A DNA stretch of 64,000 nucleotides from a virus: positions 12,607 through 76,606 of the IMG/VR virus record IMGVR_UViG_3300026519_000009; one strand, given 5' to 3'. Within the stretch, counting starts at the first letter, position 1, and every line of letters begins with the position of its first letter. Under the pieces are notes generated by a model, which saw nothing but the letters and a program-made list of their open reading frames with translations, was not told the origin of the DNA and made no database searches. The position numbers and the translations under genes were made by a program. This document shows, piece after piece, positions 50,256-59,170 of this stretch.

Positions 50256-50277
50256 TTGAATAATTCAGGCAACTTGG
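50256..50277 (-). mobile_element. Hairpin-less 22-bp remnant of the mini element
   Basis: Minus strand TTTAT|CCAAGTTGCCTGAATTATTCAA. Confidence 0.7.
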
Positions 50278-50292
50278 ATAAAGGAAAAAAAA

Positions 50293-50598
50293 ATGCGAAG
50301 CATATTAAAATTAATGTTACAGATTGTCGCGTATGCAGTAATAGTGATGTTAACAGTATATTGGATATCGGCAGAACAACTAAACTACATTCTTATTGAA
50401 ATACCAACATTAATATTTGATACGTTGGTTAAGTTAATGCCGACTAATGGCCACGAATCAACAACAGTTGACGTTGCGTTAATGGGGATATACACATTCC
50501 TTGCACTAACCTTACCCGTTCTTTGGTGGTTATTTGTATTTTTTACACCATTTATGCTATTACGTAATGTTTCCAACAAATATATTAATGGTTGTTGA
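50293..50598 (+). CDS. Membrane protein
   Basis: Two hydrophobic segments; AAGGA RBS. Confidence 0.65.
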   Translation: MRSILKLMLQIVAYAVIVMLTVYWISAEQLNYILIEIPTLIFDTLVKLMPTNGHESTTVDVALMGIYTFLALTLPVLWWLFVFFTPFMLLRNVSNKYINGC

Positions 50599-50658
50599 AG
50601 CGCCACACACCACCAAATCAGCAAGTTGAATTTGGTGGTGTGGTAGTGGTAACTTCAA
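50595..50658. mobile_element. Mini element with TTCAA-type ends on both sides
   Basis: TTGAAGCGCCACACACCACCAAATCAGCAAGTTGAATTTGGTGGTGTGGTAGTGGTAACTTCAA. Confidence 0.8.
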
Positions 50659-52286
50659 TTCGTCCAATGTAGTTTTACTTTTCCACTATCCCATATAGTA
50701 TCGTAACCAATTGATTCAAGGATTTTGGATTTACTTAAATGTGCGGGATGCCCCTTCGCCACTAAATCTTTTTTAGATATAAACCTCCGATGTTGTCGAT
50801 TTGTGTAATCTGTCCACCATAATGCCGGTTTAGTATATCCGACACGCACAAATCCAATATGTTGTTTTACCAGTCCGGTAAACCAACGTCGATCAACATA
50901 TGCTATTATTTCATTATATCCAAAGGTGCGTATTGCATGTTTGAACATTTTAGACCCCAGGCCGGGATTATTTTTTTTATTAGTAACAAACCGCTTTAAT
51001 TCCACCACACTCGAATCGCCATGTTCATTATTGGTCTGCCCAAATACCATTACGCCAATTAAATTATCATTATTATCATAAGCACCAATTCGTTTATTTC
51101 CACAGCTTCCTGCATTCAATAAATGATATTGATTTAAAAATTTCCTAGCGGTAGGCCAATTAATTTCACGAATAGTAGTATTTCGTGCGTATACGCCCTT
51201 TTTACTCCGATTCATTAAATGTAGTAAGGTATCTTTGCATTTTTGTTGTTGATCACGCCATTCATCCTCAAATATATGAATAAGACGAATTCCTTGCGCT
51301 TCGCATAATTGGGTCTTGTTCAAATGATAGTTAGAATCCTTACCTTGTGCTGTAGAATGATAATACAAACCATTATATTCTATTGCTAACTTATATTGCG
51401 GAATATATATGTCCAACTCCAAGCCAATTATCTTTTTTGTGTTCGTTACAATATCAATTCCTAATGATTCTATCCATGTTGCAATATCGCGTTCCGCAAT
51501 TGATCGTGAATGTGTAATTGTCGCAATTTTATGTTTCTTAAAATATGTGGTAATTGTATCATTACATACCCCTAATCCAAGTGCAATTTGTCCAATTGTT
51601 TGCTTATGTACATTATGTTGTTCGGTTAACCATTCCTTATTTAATAAAAATACCATTGCTTCTTTGTTTTGATTAGCATGTTCGGTGCCATATCGGTGCC
51701 ATGATGTTTCTTTTATTTTATCTCGTATCGCATTATTTTGAAAAACATTTTCAACACCATATCTCATTAAATTAGTATTCCTAAGAGTTTCCATAACAAT
51801 AGGTGATTTGAGTGGGACGGTAACGCCGAAATTTCGTTTACATGTATCCTTTTTTCTGTTTTTTATTTCGTCAAGTTGTGAAATATTATCCACACCATAT
51901 TTTTGCTGAACCGTTACTTTTGCTTTTTCCTGTACTTTTTTGTTACCGAATGGTGATTCTGAACCATATTTTTTTAAGTTAGTTTCTTTGATTTTTTTCA
52001 TTCTTTTTGGATTTAACATAGCACATTTGACGGAGCAACATTCACGATAATCGCCGCCTTTTAGTTTGTTCCATGTCGCATCATTGCCACATACCACACA
52101 ACTTGGTAGCGAATATATATTGTTAGTAACATGCCAAATGCGCTGTTTTATACTAGCAGTTTTGGGTAAAAAAGCAGTTAATGTAAGCAATGCTGGATAT
52201 TGATCATGATATATTAATGCACCCAAACGCTTTAAAGATTTTGCGTGTTCTATTAAATCCGAAATTTCATTTTTTTTTGTCACCAT
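50655..52286 (-). CDS. Hef-like homing endonuclease-type protein (KYG repeats, PD-(D/E)xK/Vsr-like domain, acetyltransferase-like C-terminus)
   Basis: T...[KR]YG repeats; ELDIYIP..KLAIEYNGLYYH...LIHIFEDEW; ELKRF...YVDRRW...IWDSG. Confidence 0.8.
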   Translation of the reverse strand: MVTKKNEISDLIEHAKSLKRLGALIYHDQYPALLTLTAFLPKTASIKQRIWHVTNNIYSLPSCVVCGNDATWNKLKGGDYRECCSVKCAMLNPKRMKKIKETNLKKYGSESPFGNKKVQEKAKVTVQQKYGVDNISQLDEIKNRKKDTCKRNFGVTVPLKSPIVMETLRNTNLMRYGVENVFQNNAIRDKIKETSWHRYGTEHANQNKEAMVFLLNKEWLTEQHNVHKQTIGQIALGLGVCNDTITTYFKKHKIATITHSRSIAERDIATWIESLGIDIVTNTKKIIGLELDIYIPQYKLAIEYNGLYYHSTAQGKDSNYHLNKTQLCEAQGIRLIHIFEDEWRDQQQKCKDTLLHLMNRSKKGVYARNTTIREINWPTARKFLNQYHLLNAGSCGNKRIGAYDNNDNLIGVMVFGQTNNEHGDSSVVELKRFVTNKKNNPGLGSKMFKHAIRTFGYNEIIAYVDRRWFTGLVKQHIGFVRVGYTKPALWWTDYTNRQHRRFISKKDLVAKGHPAHLSKSKILESIGYDTIWDSGKVKLHWTN

Positions 52287-52357
52287 TGAATAAATACCTA
52301 TAGTTAGTTAAATGACACGTTTCTTATTATGAAACATTATATTGGAGTATTTATACG

Positions 52358-52942
52358 ATGGCAACTATTAATGATATTGGAATACCGGGGGTCGGAACAG
52401 GTATTTTACAACCTAAACAAAAGAATAGGTGGCGCATCACATTTGCCAATCTAGGAGGTGGTGTAGATTCGCAACCATTAAGTCTCCAAGCAATTACGGT
52501 AACACGTCCTGTTACTTCGTTTGATGAAATTCAATTAGATCGTTACGTATCACGTGCATATATTGCCGGAAAATATACGTTTGAACCAATAACACTTACA
52601 TTTGAGGATGACGTAACTGGTACCGCATCACAGATCATACAAGAGCAGCTTCAATCACAGCAATGGTTAATTGGGGCGGAAGGGCAATTTTTAGCTGCAT
52701 CCGGTGAAGGTTCTAATTACAAATTCATTACTTATCTTGATATGTTAGATGGTGCCGAGCAGGTAATCGAACGTTGGACCGTAGAAGGGTGTTGGTTACA
52801 GCAAGTTGATTATACAGATTTGGACTATGCAAGTGGCGAAGTTGTTATAATTACAACTACGATCCGCTACGATCATGCGCGGCAGAATATCGGTGGCTAT
52901 GATCAAGGCGAAGGTATTGCACTTGGTGGCGCTGGCGCGTAA
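52358..52942 (+). CDS. Tail tube protein (gp19-like)
   Basis: QPKQKNRWRITF, RP..SF, AGK..FEPITLTFEDD and W..EGCW....Y..LDY motifs; AATAAATA at 52289. Confidence 0.9.
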   Translation: MATINDIGIPGVGTGILQPKQKNRWRITFANLGGGVDSQPLSLQAITVTRPVTSFDEIQLDRYVSRAYIAGKYTFEPITLTFEDDVTGTASQIIQEQLQSQQWLIGAEGQFLAASGEGSNYKFITYLDMLDGAEQVIERWTVEGCWLQQVDYTDLDYASGEVVIITTTIRYDHARQNIGGYDQGEGIALGGAGA

Positions 52943-52966
52943 TCGCATATTTTTTGAAATATATGT

Positions 52967-52992
52967 AAGGGGGACGTGGGTTCCCCTTTTTT
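52967..52992 (+). terminator. Intrinsic terminator after the tail tube gene
   Basis: AAGGGGGA-CGTGGGT-TCCCCTT followed by a T-run. Confidence 0.7.
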
Positions 52993-53025
52993 ACGTATAT
53001 GATAAATATATCATATTAGGAGTAT

Positions 53026-54357
53026 ATGATGGCTCTCGATCCACGAAGATTCACCGTAAAAAATTGTCCACAATCACAAAACACATTAATTACGCAAGAT
53101 GCCGAGCGTAGAGAATTTTTCGATTCATTAGGTAAAATAGGGAATATTGAAGTTGCCAATCGATTTGGCGCAGGGAATATAACGGCTGGACTTCGTACCT
53201 TAGCGCAAACCTCAAATTCAATTAGAACAGGTGATGTTGATTCAGCCATTATCCCGAATAGTGCTGGATATGTATTTGCAACTGTGGGCATTGACAACAA
53301 TGCGGCGCAACAGGCTGGTGAATTTAATCCTGATGTTCTTAATCGTGCAACAGGACAGGCGGAATCCATTATATCGGATGTTCGTGCTGGACGATTTGAA
53401 TTTAATGATATTCCCACTGTTGTTAGTGAATTACAAAATTTAAACACATTAATTGGTGGTATTCAAAACAGCGGGAATGGTGAAGAAAATACTACCTCAC
53501 GTGAAATCTGTGGCGCATCGCCGTATGCTATTGATCTTATTCAATATGCACCTAAATATAAATTTCTATTCGTTGTGCAAATAACACTATCACCCGCATA
53601 CCAAAGTGGTTTAGCTGACTCCGCTAATAGATTAGCATTTGTTGTTAAAACGAGTACGCGCCCCAATATTAACATAGAACATGAAGAAGTAAACCATTAT
53701 AACTTTTGGACAAGAATACCAAAACGTGCAGTATATGAGCCAATCACAATGCGTTTTTATGACGATAATCAAGGGTTAGCACATCTTTTTTACACCGCAT
53801 ATTTGGAAAGTATCAGTCCCGTAGCACGTTCATTTGGTAGGGAACAAATTTCATCTGCTGGTGGTACTGAATGGCTACAAGCAAATAGTATGAATTTCAA
53901 TAGTAGCAATAACGCTGGGGCGGCATCAATATCAGCACTTGAAGGTGGTGCAGTATCTATTATTTCACAAATTAAACTGTTTCACTTATATGATTTCGGA
54001 AAACTAATGAATGTGTATCAGTTTCACAATCCAAAGTTTTTAACAATGAATCTCGATGATTTAGATATGTCTGAGTCGGGTAATGGGAGTGAAATAGAAT
54101 TTCAATTTGCATACGATGCGTTACATATTACGCCTAGTGAGCGCGTAATTGATAACTCACAGCGTCTAACGGATATTTCGGGTGGAAATATTGGTGCATT
54201 GTATCCAATTAAGCCCAACTTCCTATCAAATGATCCAACCCCTTCGACAGAAGGGGTTGACGGCGTTGGAATGCCTCCTAGACCCGAACGTACTAATATA
54301 TTAAGTAGTGCGTTCAGTAGTGTCTCAGACTTCACAGGCTCTATATTTACCGGTTAA
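53026..54357 (+). CDS. Tail tube-like / baseplate-tail junction protein
   Basis: PKYKFLFVV, RP.I......N.YN, YEPITMRFYDD and LDMS...F.YD tube-fold motifs; GATAAATA at 53001. Confidence 0.72.
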   Translation: MMALDPRRFTVKNCPQSQNTLITQDAERREFFDSLGKIGNIEVANRFGAGNITAGLRTLAQTSNSIRTGDVDSAIIPNSAGYVFATVGIDNNAAQQAGEFNPDVLNRATGQAESIISDVRAGRFEFNDIPTVVSELQNLNTLIGGIQNSGNGEENTTSREICGASPYAIDLIQYAPKYKFLFVVQITLSPAYQSGLADSANRLAFVVKTSTRPNINIEHEEVNHYNFWTRIPKRAVYEPITMRFYDDNQGLAHLFYTAYLESISPVARSFGREQISSAGGTEWLQANSMNFNSSNNAGAASISALEGGAVSIISQIKLFHLYDFGKLMNVYQFHNPKFLTMNLDDLDMSESGNGSEIEFQFAYDALHITPSERVIDNSQRLTDISGGNIGALYPIKPNFLSNDPTPSTEGVDGVGMPPRPERTNILSSAFSSVSDFTGSIFTG

Positions 54358-54361
54358 TATC

Positions 54362-54808
54362 ATGGCTAGAAAAGGAGTACGCAAGGGATACTTTATTCCA
54401 AAACACCCAGCAAAATATGTTGGTGATTTGAAAAATATAGTGTATAGGTCATCATGGGAATTGGACTTTATGCGGTTTCTGGACTCAAATACATCGATAA
54501 TAAAATGGGGTTCAGAAATAATATCAATTCCATATCGAAAACCAACCACAGGTAGAATACATAAATATTATCCAGATTTTTGGATAAAATATAAAAACAA
54601 AAATGGTGAAATAATACAAGAGTTAATCGAAGTTAAGCCAGAAAAAGAAACCAAACAACCAACTACCGTTGGTAAGAACAAAAAAACACAAATATACGAA
54701 ACGCTAACATATGCGATAAATATTAGTAAGTGGAAAAGTGCTAAATTATTCTGTGATAAATATGGTATTAAATGGCGTATATTAACGGAGCGTAATATTT
54801 TTAAATGA
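54362..54808 (+). CDS. Head completion nuclease (T4 gp4-like)
   Basis: P.KY.GD..NIVYRSSWE, WGSE...IPY, YYPDF and IEVKP. Confidence 0.92.
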   Translation: MARKGVRKGYFIPKHPAKYVGDLKNIVYRSSWELDFMRFLDSNTSIIKWGSEIISIPYRKPTTGRIHKYYPDFWIKYKNKNGEIIQELIEVKPEKETKQPTTVGKNKKTQIYETLTYAINISKWKSAKLFCDKYGIKWRILTERNIFK

Positions 54809-55269
54809 AAACTAAAACTAATAACGTCGAAACTACGATTGACCATCCTCTTGAAGATATTTTTGATATCGAAAGACACACAACCGTAATATCGAAAACA
54901 GAAACGACTACGGAAATAGAGGTGTCGGAAATATACGATGATAAAGATCGTGAAATAGAATCACAATTACTAAATATACACGACCTTGCCCTAGATGCAT
55001 TTACTGATATTTCATCCGAGGTTGAAACGGTTGAAGGAAAATATAAGGCAAGATTGGCCGAGGTCGCTAATCAAAGTCTAAATACGGCACTTAATGCTAT
55101 TAAAGAACAAGCAACCGTAAAGCAAAACAAAGATAAAAATAACATAGCAAAGGGAAAACTAGGTAATAAAACCGTAAACAATAATTTAATTGTAGCGGAT
55201 AGAAATGATATTCTTAAATCGATTATAGGAAATAATGTTGAATCGACCACCACCAACTTGGATGATTAA
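54805..55269 (+). CDS. Terminase small subunit (gp16-like)
   Basis: Helical protein with AR.AEVA and TVNNNLIVADRNDIL C-terminus; near TerL. Confidence 0.72.
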   Translation: MKTKTNNVETTIDHPLEDIFDIERHTTVISKTETTTEIEVSEIYDDKDREIESQLLNIHDLALDAFTDISSEVETVEGKYKARLAEVANQSLNTALNAIKEQATVKQNKDKNNIAKGKLGNKTVNNNLIVADRNDILKSIIGNNVESTTTNLDD

Positions 55270-55826
55270 CTATTATCATTTTTAATAATTTGCATTGCGT
55301 TATTTATTAAAGTGTCCTCGCTTTCCCATGGCGATTTTCTTACCATATTCTCAATATTACGGCGCGTAGCGTCAACATTTTTCATTTTTGGTTTACCAAG
55401 GGTTGTATATGCAGCGCTAACAATTTTACCAACTAATCGTTTAATTTCAACAGGATCACGCTTACCCGGATTTCGTGGCTTTTCGTTATTATCTGGTAAT
55501 ATTTCAATATTGTTCTTTGCCGCAAAATCTGCCATAGCAAAACCATTTTTAATACGAACAATATTACCAAACTGACCACCTTCCAGTGTTCGGTGTAAAT
55601 GTAGATTATTAACTATTATTTTCCATCTTGGTATATTACGACTTGGTACATTAGCTAAGTCGGCACCCGTAAATTGATCACCAAGCATTAGTTCAACATA
55701 CGCATATATATCATTCCAAGTGGCAGCACCTTCATTTTTTATAAATTCAGCAACCGTTTTTGCATAAAAAGATTCGGGATGATAGTCATTTTTCCCAACA
55801 GCTTCAAATAATTCTCGCAATAGCAT
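55266..55826 (-). CDS. Hypothetical protein (possible winged-helix, possible head-internal protein)
   Basis: MLLRELFE start; GATAAATA at 55849-55856 and AGGAGG RBS. Confidence 0.55.
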   Translation of the reverse strand: MLLRELFEAVGKNDYHPESFYAKTVAEFIKNEGAATWNDIYAYVELMLGDQFTGADLANVPSRNIPRWKIIVNNLHLHRTLEGGQFGNIVRIKNGFAMADFAAKNNIEILPDNNEKPRNPGKRDPVEIKRLVGKIVSAAYTTLGKPKMKNVDATRRNIENMVRKSPWESEDTLINNAMQIIKNDNS

Positions 55827-55847
55827 ATATGATGCCCTCCTTCGGTG

Positions 55848-57284
55848 TTATTTATCTAAATTACCAATAATGCTCTCATTTATTTGTAATTGGATATCAC
55901 GTGGTCGCCAGTGTTTATAATCCCACGCAAAGGCATCTGCACATACAATATTATGATTTATGATTGTTCGATATTCATCTTTATTGCCAACTAAATCCAA
56001 AATCCGCTCCTTACAATGTTCAATATTATCGGGCATAATATCCAGTCCATATACAGCATTTAAGGTATCTACGGTAGAACAACCGGATTCGATCTTACGT
56101 GAAATAACTTCCACTAAAAAATTACCATTACCACAAGATGGTTCTAACACAGTCTGATTAGTGCTAAAAGCATTATTCTCCTCCAATTTATTCATAATAT
56201 CATCAATATAATATGAAGGTGTAAATATTTCACCCGTTCGTTTCACCCGTTCAAGTGAACGGGTGATTTTATTAACGGTAGTGTCATGTTTTAGACTAAT
56301 TAATTTTCCATCTTTTTTTCCATCTATTACTTGTTCATCCGCCGCATATCGCCAACCTACCAATTTTATCCATTCGATTAATTTTTTTGAGAACCCTTTT
56401 TTTTGATAATATGCACGTTCATACTCTTCTTTACTATCGTATTTATCCTGCAATACATCATATGGCAGTTTACCTATTGTATAGTCACTGACATGTGAAA
56501 TAGTGTTAGTCATACTTAATAATAAACCAAAAACACGCATCGATAAGTGAAAAAAAGTGTTTTTTGCTAAATGTTCTTCATTTTTATTAAACTCAAGCAT
56601 ATACCGTTTTGCGCTATTACTTTTTTTGTCCACCTTATCTTTTTTTGTAGTTGGCACCCAAGGATTGCTACCATCGAGGTCTAATTGTACACCCGTCAAT
56701 AGGCTGCGTCCTGTTAGATTAGCTAATGATTTAGATGTTCCTAGGTATGCTAGGTCTAATTTACTATTAAAATGAACTTTAGGCTTGTCCGAATTGGTGT
56801 ATGGTATTAATGGTATGGTGGGCACCCCCAAATTGGTAACACCGCAGATATTCCATAACTCCTTACCTTCATCGCCTATAAATAATGGGGTTCCTTGTGC
56901 TGACATATTAGTTGTGGTATAGTATGGTATATCATTAAAATACCGACACAGTTCAATTTCATCATTTTGCCGACTTCCATTCTTTAATATTATACATGCA
57001 CCAATAGCCTTAATTGGTTTATCGTTAACCGGATCAAAAAAAACACCAGCAGGGTATGTGAATAAATGCGTTATATTAGTATTATTACTTAATATTTCCC
57101 GCACTTCTTTATTACGGTGGGCACCGCCATTTAAGTAACTTGCTGACGTTATTATTGCCATTAATCCATTTTTTTTCAATAATTTTTGTTTAATTTGTAG
57201 TAAAAATTTAAGATCAATCCCACGATCCCAAGGCACATTGCCTACTACAATATCAAATTCACCCATTTCGTTCGACAAGTTCAA
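55848..57284 (-). CDS. Amino-DNA methyltransferase with permuted motif order
   Basis: N-terminal FDIVVGNVPW (motif IV-like); C-terminal GEIFTP...VLEPSCGNGNFL...YGLDI (motifs X, I, II). Confidence 0.78.
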   Translation of the reverse strand: MNLSNEMGEFDIVVGNVPWDRGIDLKFLLQIKQKLLKKNGLMAIITSASYLNGGAHRNKEVREILSNNTNITHLFTYPAGVFFDPVNDKPIKAIGACIILKNGSRQNDEIELCRYFNDIPYYTTTNMSAQGTPLFIGDEGKELWNICGVTNLGVPTIPLIPYTNSDKPKVHFNSKLDLAYLGTSKSLANLTGRSLLTGVQLDLDGSNPWVPTTKKDKVDKKSNSAKRYMLEFNKNEEHLAKNTFFHLSMRVFGLLLSMTNTISHVSDYTIGKLPYDVLQDKYDSKEEYERAYYQKKGFSKKLIEWIKLVGWRYAADEQVIDGKKDGKLISLKHDTTVNKITRSLERVKRTGEIFTPSYYIDDIMNKLEENNAFSTNQTVLEPSCGNGNFLVEVISRKIESGCSTVDTLNAVYGLDIMPDNIEHCKERILDLVGNKDEYRTIINHNIVCADAFAWDYKHWRPRDIQLQINESIIGNLDK

Positions 57285-57453
57285 TTCTCCTGTTTCTCAT
57301 ATTATCAATGCGGTCCAACAAACGTTAGGAACCAATACATTAAACCTAAAAAAAATACAACAGTTAGCAACCGCCAATTTCTTGATCGAAGAGACTTGCT
57401 TTCACATTGCGCACTGTGTGAATTTCTGCGTGAATATCAACCCCGGTTTCCAT

Positions 57454-57512
57454 TTGTGTGAACACCACAAAATTCAGATTTCTGATTTGGTGGTGATATT
57501 CCAGTAACTTGG
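57454..57512 (-). mobile_element. Mini hairpin element
   Basis: Minus strand TATTTAT|CCAAGTTACTGGAATATCACCACCAAATCAGAAATCTGAATTTTGTGGTG. Confidence 0.82.
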
Positions 57513-57519
57513 ATAAATA
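57512..57519 (+). promoter_or_regulatory. Putative late promoter GATAAATA for terL
   Basis: 36 nt upstream of the terL ATG; its first G belongs to the element. Confidence 0.65.
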
Positions 57520-57555
57520 GTACATACCATATCATAACACAACGGAAATAACAAT

Positions 57556-59106
57556 ATGGCACGTGCCAAAAATAATAACCTTAAAAAACCTAATGAAGAA
57601 ATGGAATACACCCATTATCAGGTGCAAGAATTAAAACGGTGCGCCCAAGACCCCATTTACTTTATTAAGACCTATGTAAAAATTCAACATCCTATTAGAG
57701 GTTCTATTCCGTTTGAATTATATGAATATCAAGAAAATATGATAACAGGATTTCTTGAAAATAGACATATTGTAGTATTATCCGCAAGGCAGACCGGAAA
57801 GTCAACCACTTCCGCGATGTATCTATTATGGTACGCAATGTTTAATTTTGATAAAACAATATTAATTGCCGCCAATAAAAATAAAAATGCAATTGAAATG
57901 ATCATGCGCATTCGATATGCGTATGAAAATTTACCAATGTGGATTAAACCAGGCGTAAAGGATGACGGTTGGAATAAGCATGAAATAGGTTTCGATAACG
58001 ATTCCAGAATCGTATCAACCGCAACATCCGAAGATTCAGGGCGTGGCATGAGTATATCATTACTGTTCCTTGATGAATTTGCATTTGTAAAATCCAGCAT
58101 TCAAGACGAATTTTGGACTGCAATAGAACCAACATTATCGACTGGTGGTGCATGTATTATGACATCTACGCCGAATGGCGATATGAATATATATGCCCAA
58201 ATCTGGCGTGGTGCCGAGTTAGGGGCAAATGGTTTTATCCCAATAAAAATCGATTGGGATCAACCACCAGGACGCGATGAGCAATTTAAAGAAGAGGCAA
58301 TTGGACGAATTGGGCAACGTAAGTGGAATCAAGAATACGAATGCGAATTCTTATCTTCAGATGCACTGTTGATTGACTCGTTATATCTTTCAAATATTAC
58401 ACCAGCAATATCAAAAATAAAACCCGTTACCACTGTGAATGAAGTTATATTATTTGAACATATCGTGCCAGCAATGACTTATCTTATTGGCGTTGATCCT
58501 GCAACCGGAAACGGGGAAGACTTTAGTGTGATTACAATATATAATTTTCCGCAATTAAAACAAGTGGGTCAATATCGTTCTAATACAATGACAACTAATG
58601 ATCTGTATAATACGTTAAAAAATATATTAAGTCATATTGACAAAGCAAACGCAAGCGCTTATTTTTCAATCGAAAATAATGGGGTGGGACAAGGATTAAT
58701 TGCACTACTTGAAGCGGACGAAACACCACCTAACAGTGCGCAATTTGTGTCAGAAGATGGTAAGAATAAACGAGGGATGACAACTACCGCTAGCAACAAA
58801 ATGCGTGCTTGTGTTAATTTTAAAAATATGTTTGAACGCGGTGATATAATTGTTCAATCAAATATACTACTGTCCGAATTAAAGTCATATATAAGGTCAA
58901 AGGGTGCGTATGCCGCGCAAGTGGGTGCAACGGATGACTGCATCGCCGCAACATTAATTGTAATTAGACTAGTAGAAGAAATAGCAACGTATGAACAGGC
59001 GGCATTTGATAAATTATATTCAACAGATGACCAACTCTGGGATGAATCCGTGTGGGAAAACACTGACGACGATAGCGACGAAACTTACGACCCTATCGTT
59101 TTTTAA
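57556..59106 (+). CDS. terL: Terminase large subunit (T4 gp17-like)
   Basis: ARQTGKST, LFLDEFAFV, TSTPNG, QEYECEF, GVDPATG..EDFS and DDCI motifs. Confidence 0.97.
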   Translation: MARAKNNNLKKPNEEMEYTHYQVQELKRCAQDPIYFIKTYVKIQHPIRGSIPFELYEYQENMITGFLENRHIVVLSARQTGKSTTSAMYLLWYAMFNFDKTILIAANKNKNAIEMIMRIRYAYENLPMWIKPGVKDDGWNKHEIGFDNDSRIVSTATSEDSGRGMSISLLFLDEFAFVKSSIQDEFWTAIEPTLSTGGACIMTSTPNGDMNIYAQIWRGAELGANGFIPIKIDWDQPPGRDEQFKEEAIGRIGQRKWNQEYECEFLSSDALLIDSLYLSNITPAISKIKPVTTVNEVILFEHIVPAMTYLIGVDPATGNGEDFSVITIYNFPQLKQVGQYRSNTMTTNDLYNTLKNILSHIDKANASAYFSIENNGVGQGLIALLEADETPPNSAQFVSEDGKNKRGMTTTASNKMRACVNFKNMFERGDIIVQSNILLSELKSYIRSKGAYAAQVGATDDCIAATLIVIRLVEEIATYEQAAFDKLYSTDDQLWDESVWENTDDDSDETYDPIVF

Positions 59107-59111
59107 ATTAT

Positions 59112-59170
59112 CCAAGTTGCCTGAATACCATCACCAAATCAGCGAGATGAATTTGAAAGTGGCAACTTTA
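59112..59170 (+). mobile_element. Mini hairpin element
   Basis: TTAT|CCAAGTTGCCTGAATACCATCACCAAATCAGCGAGATGAATTTGAAAGTGGCAACTT, between convergent terL and neck genes. Confidence 0.82.

Noticed and set aside
54362-54808. TnsA-like nuclease suggesting Tn7
   Set aside because: Motifs and position match T4 gp4 head completion protein; no tnsB or tnsC.
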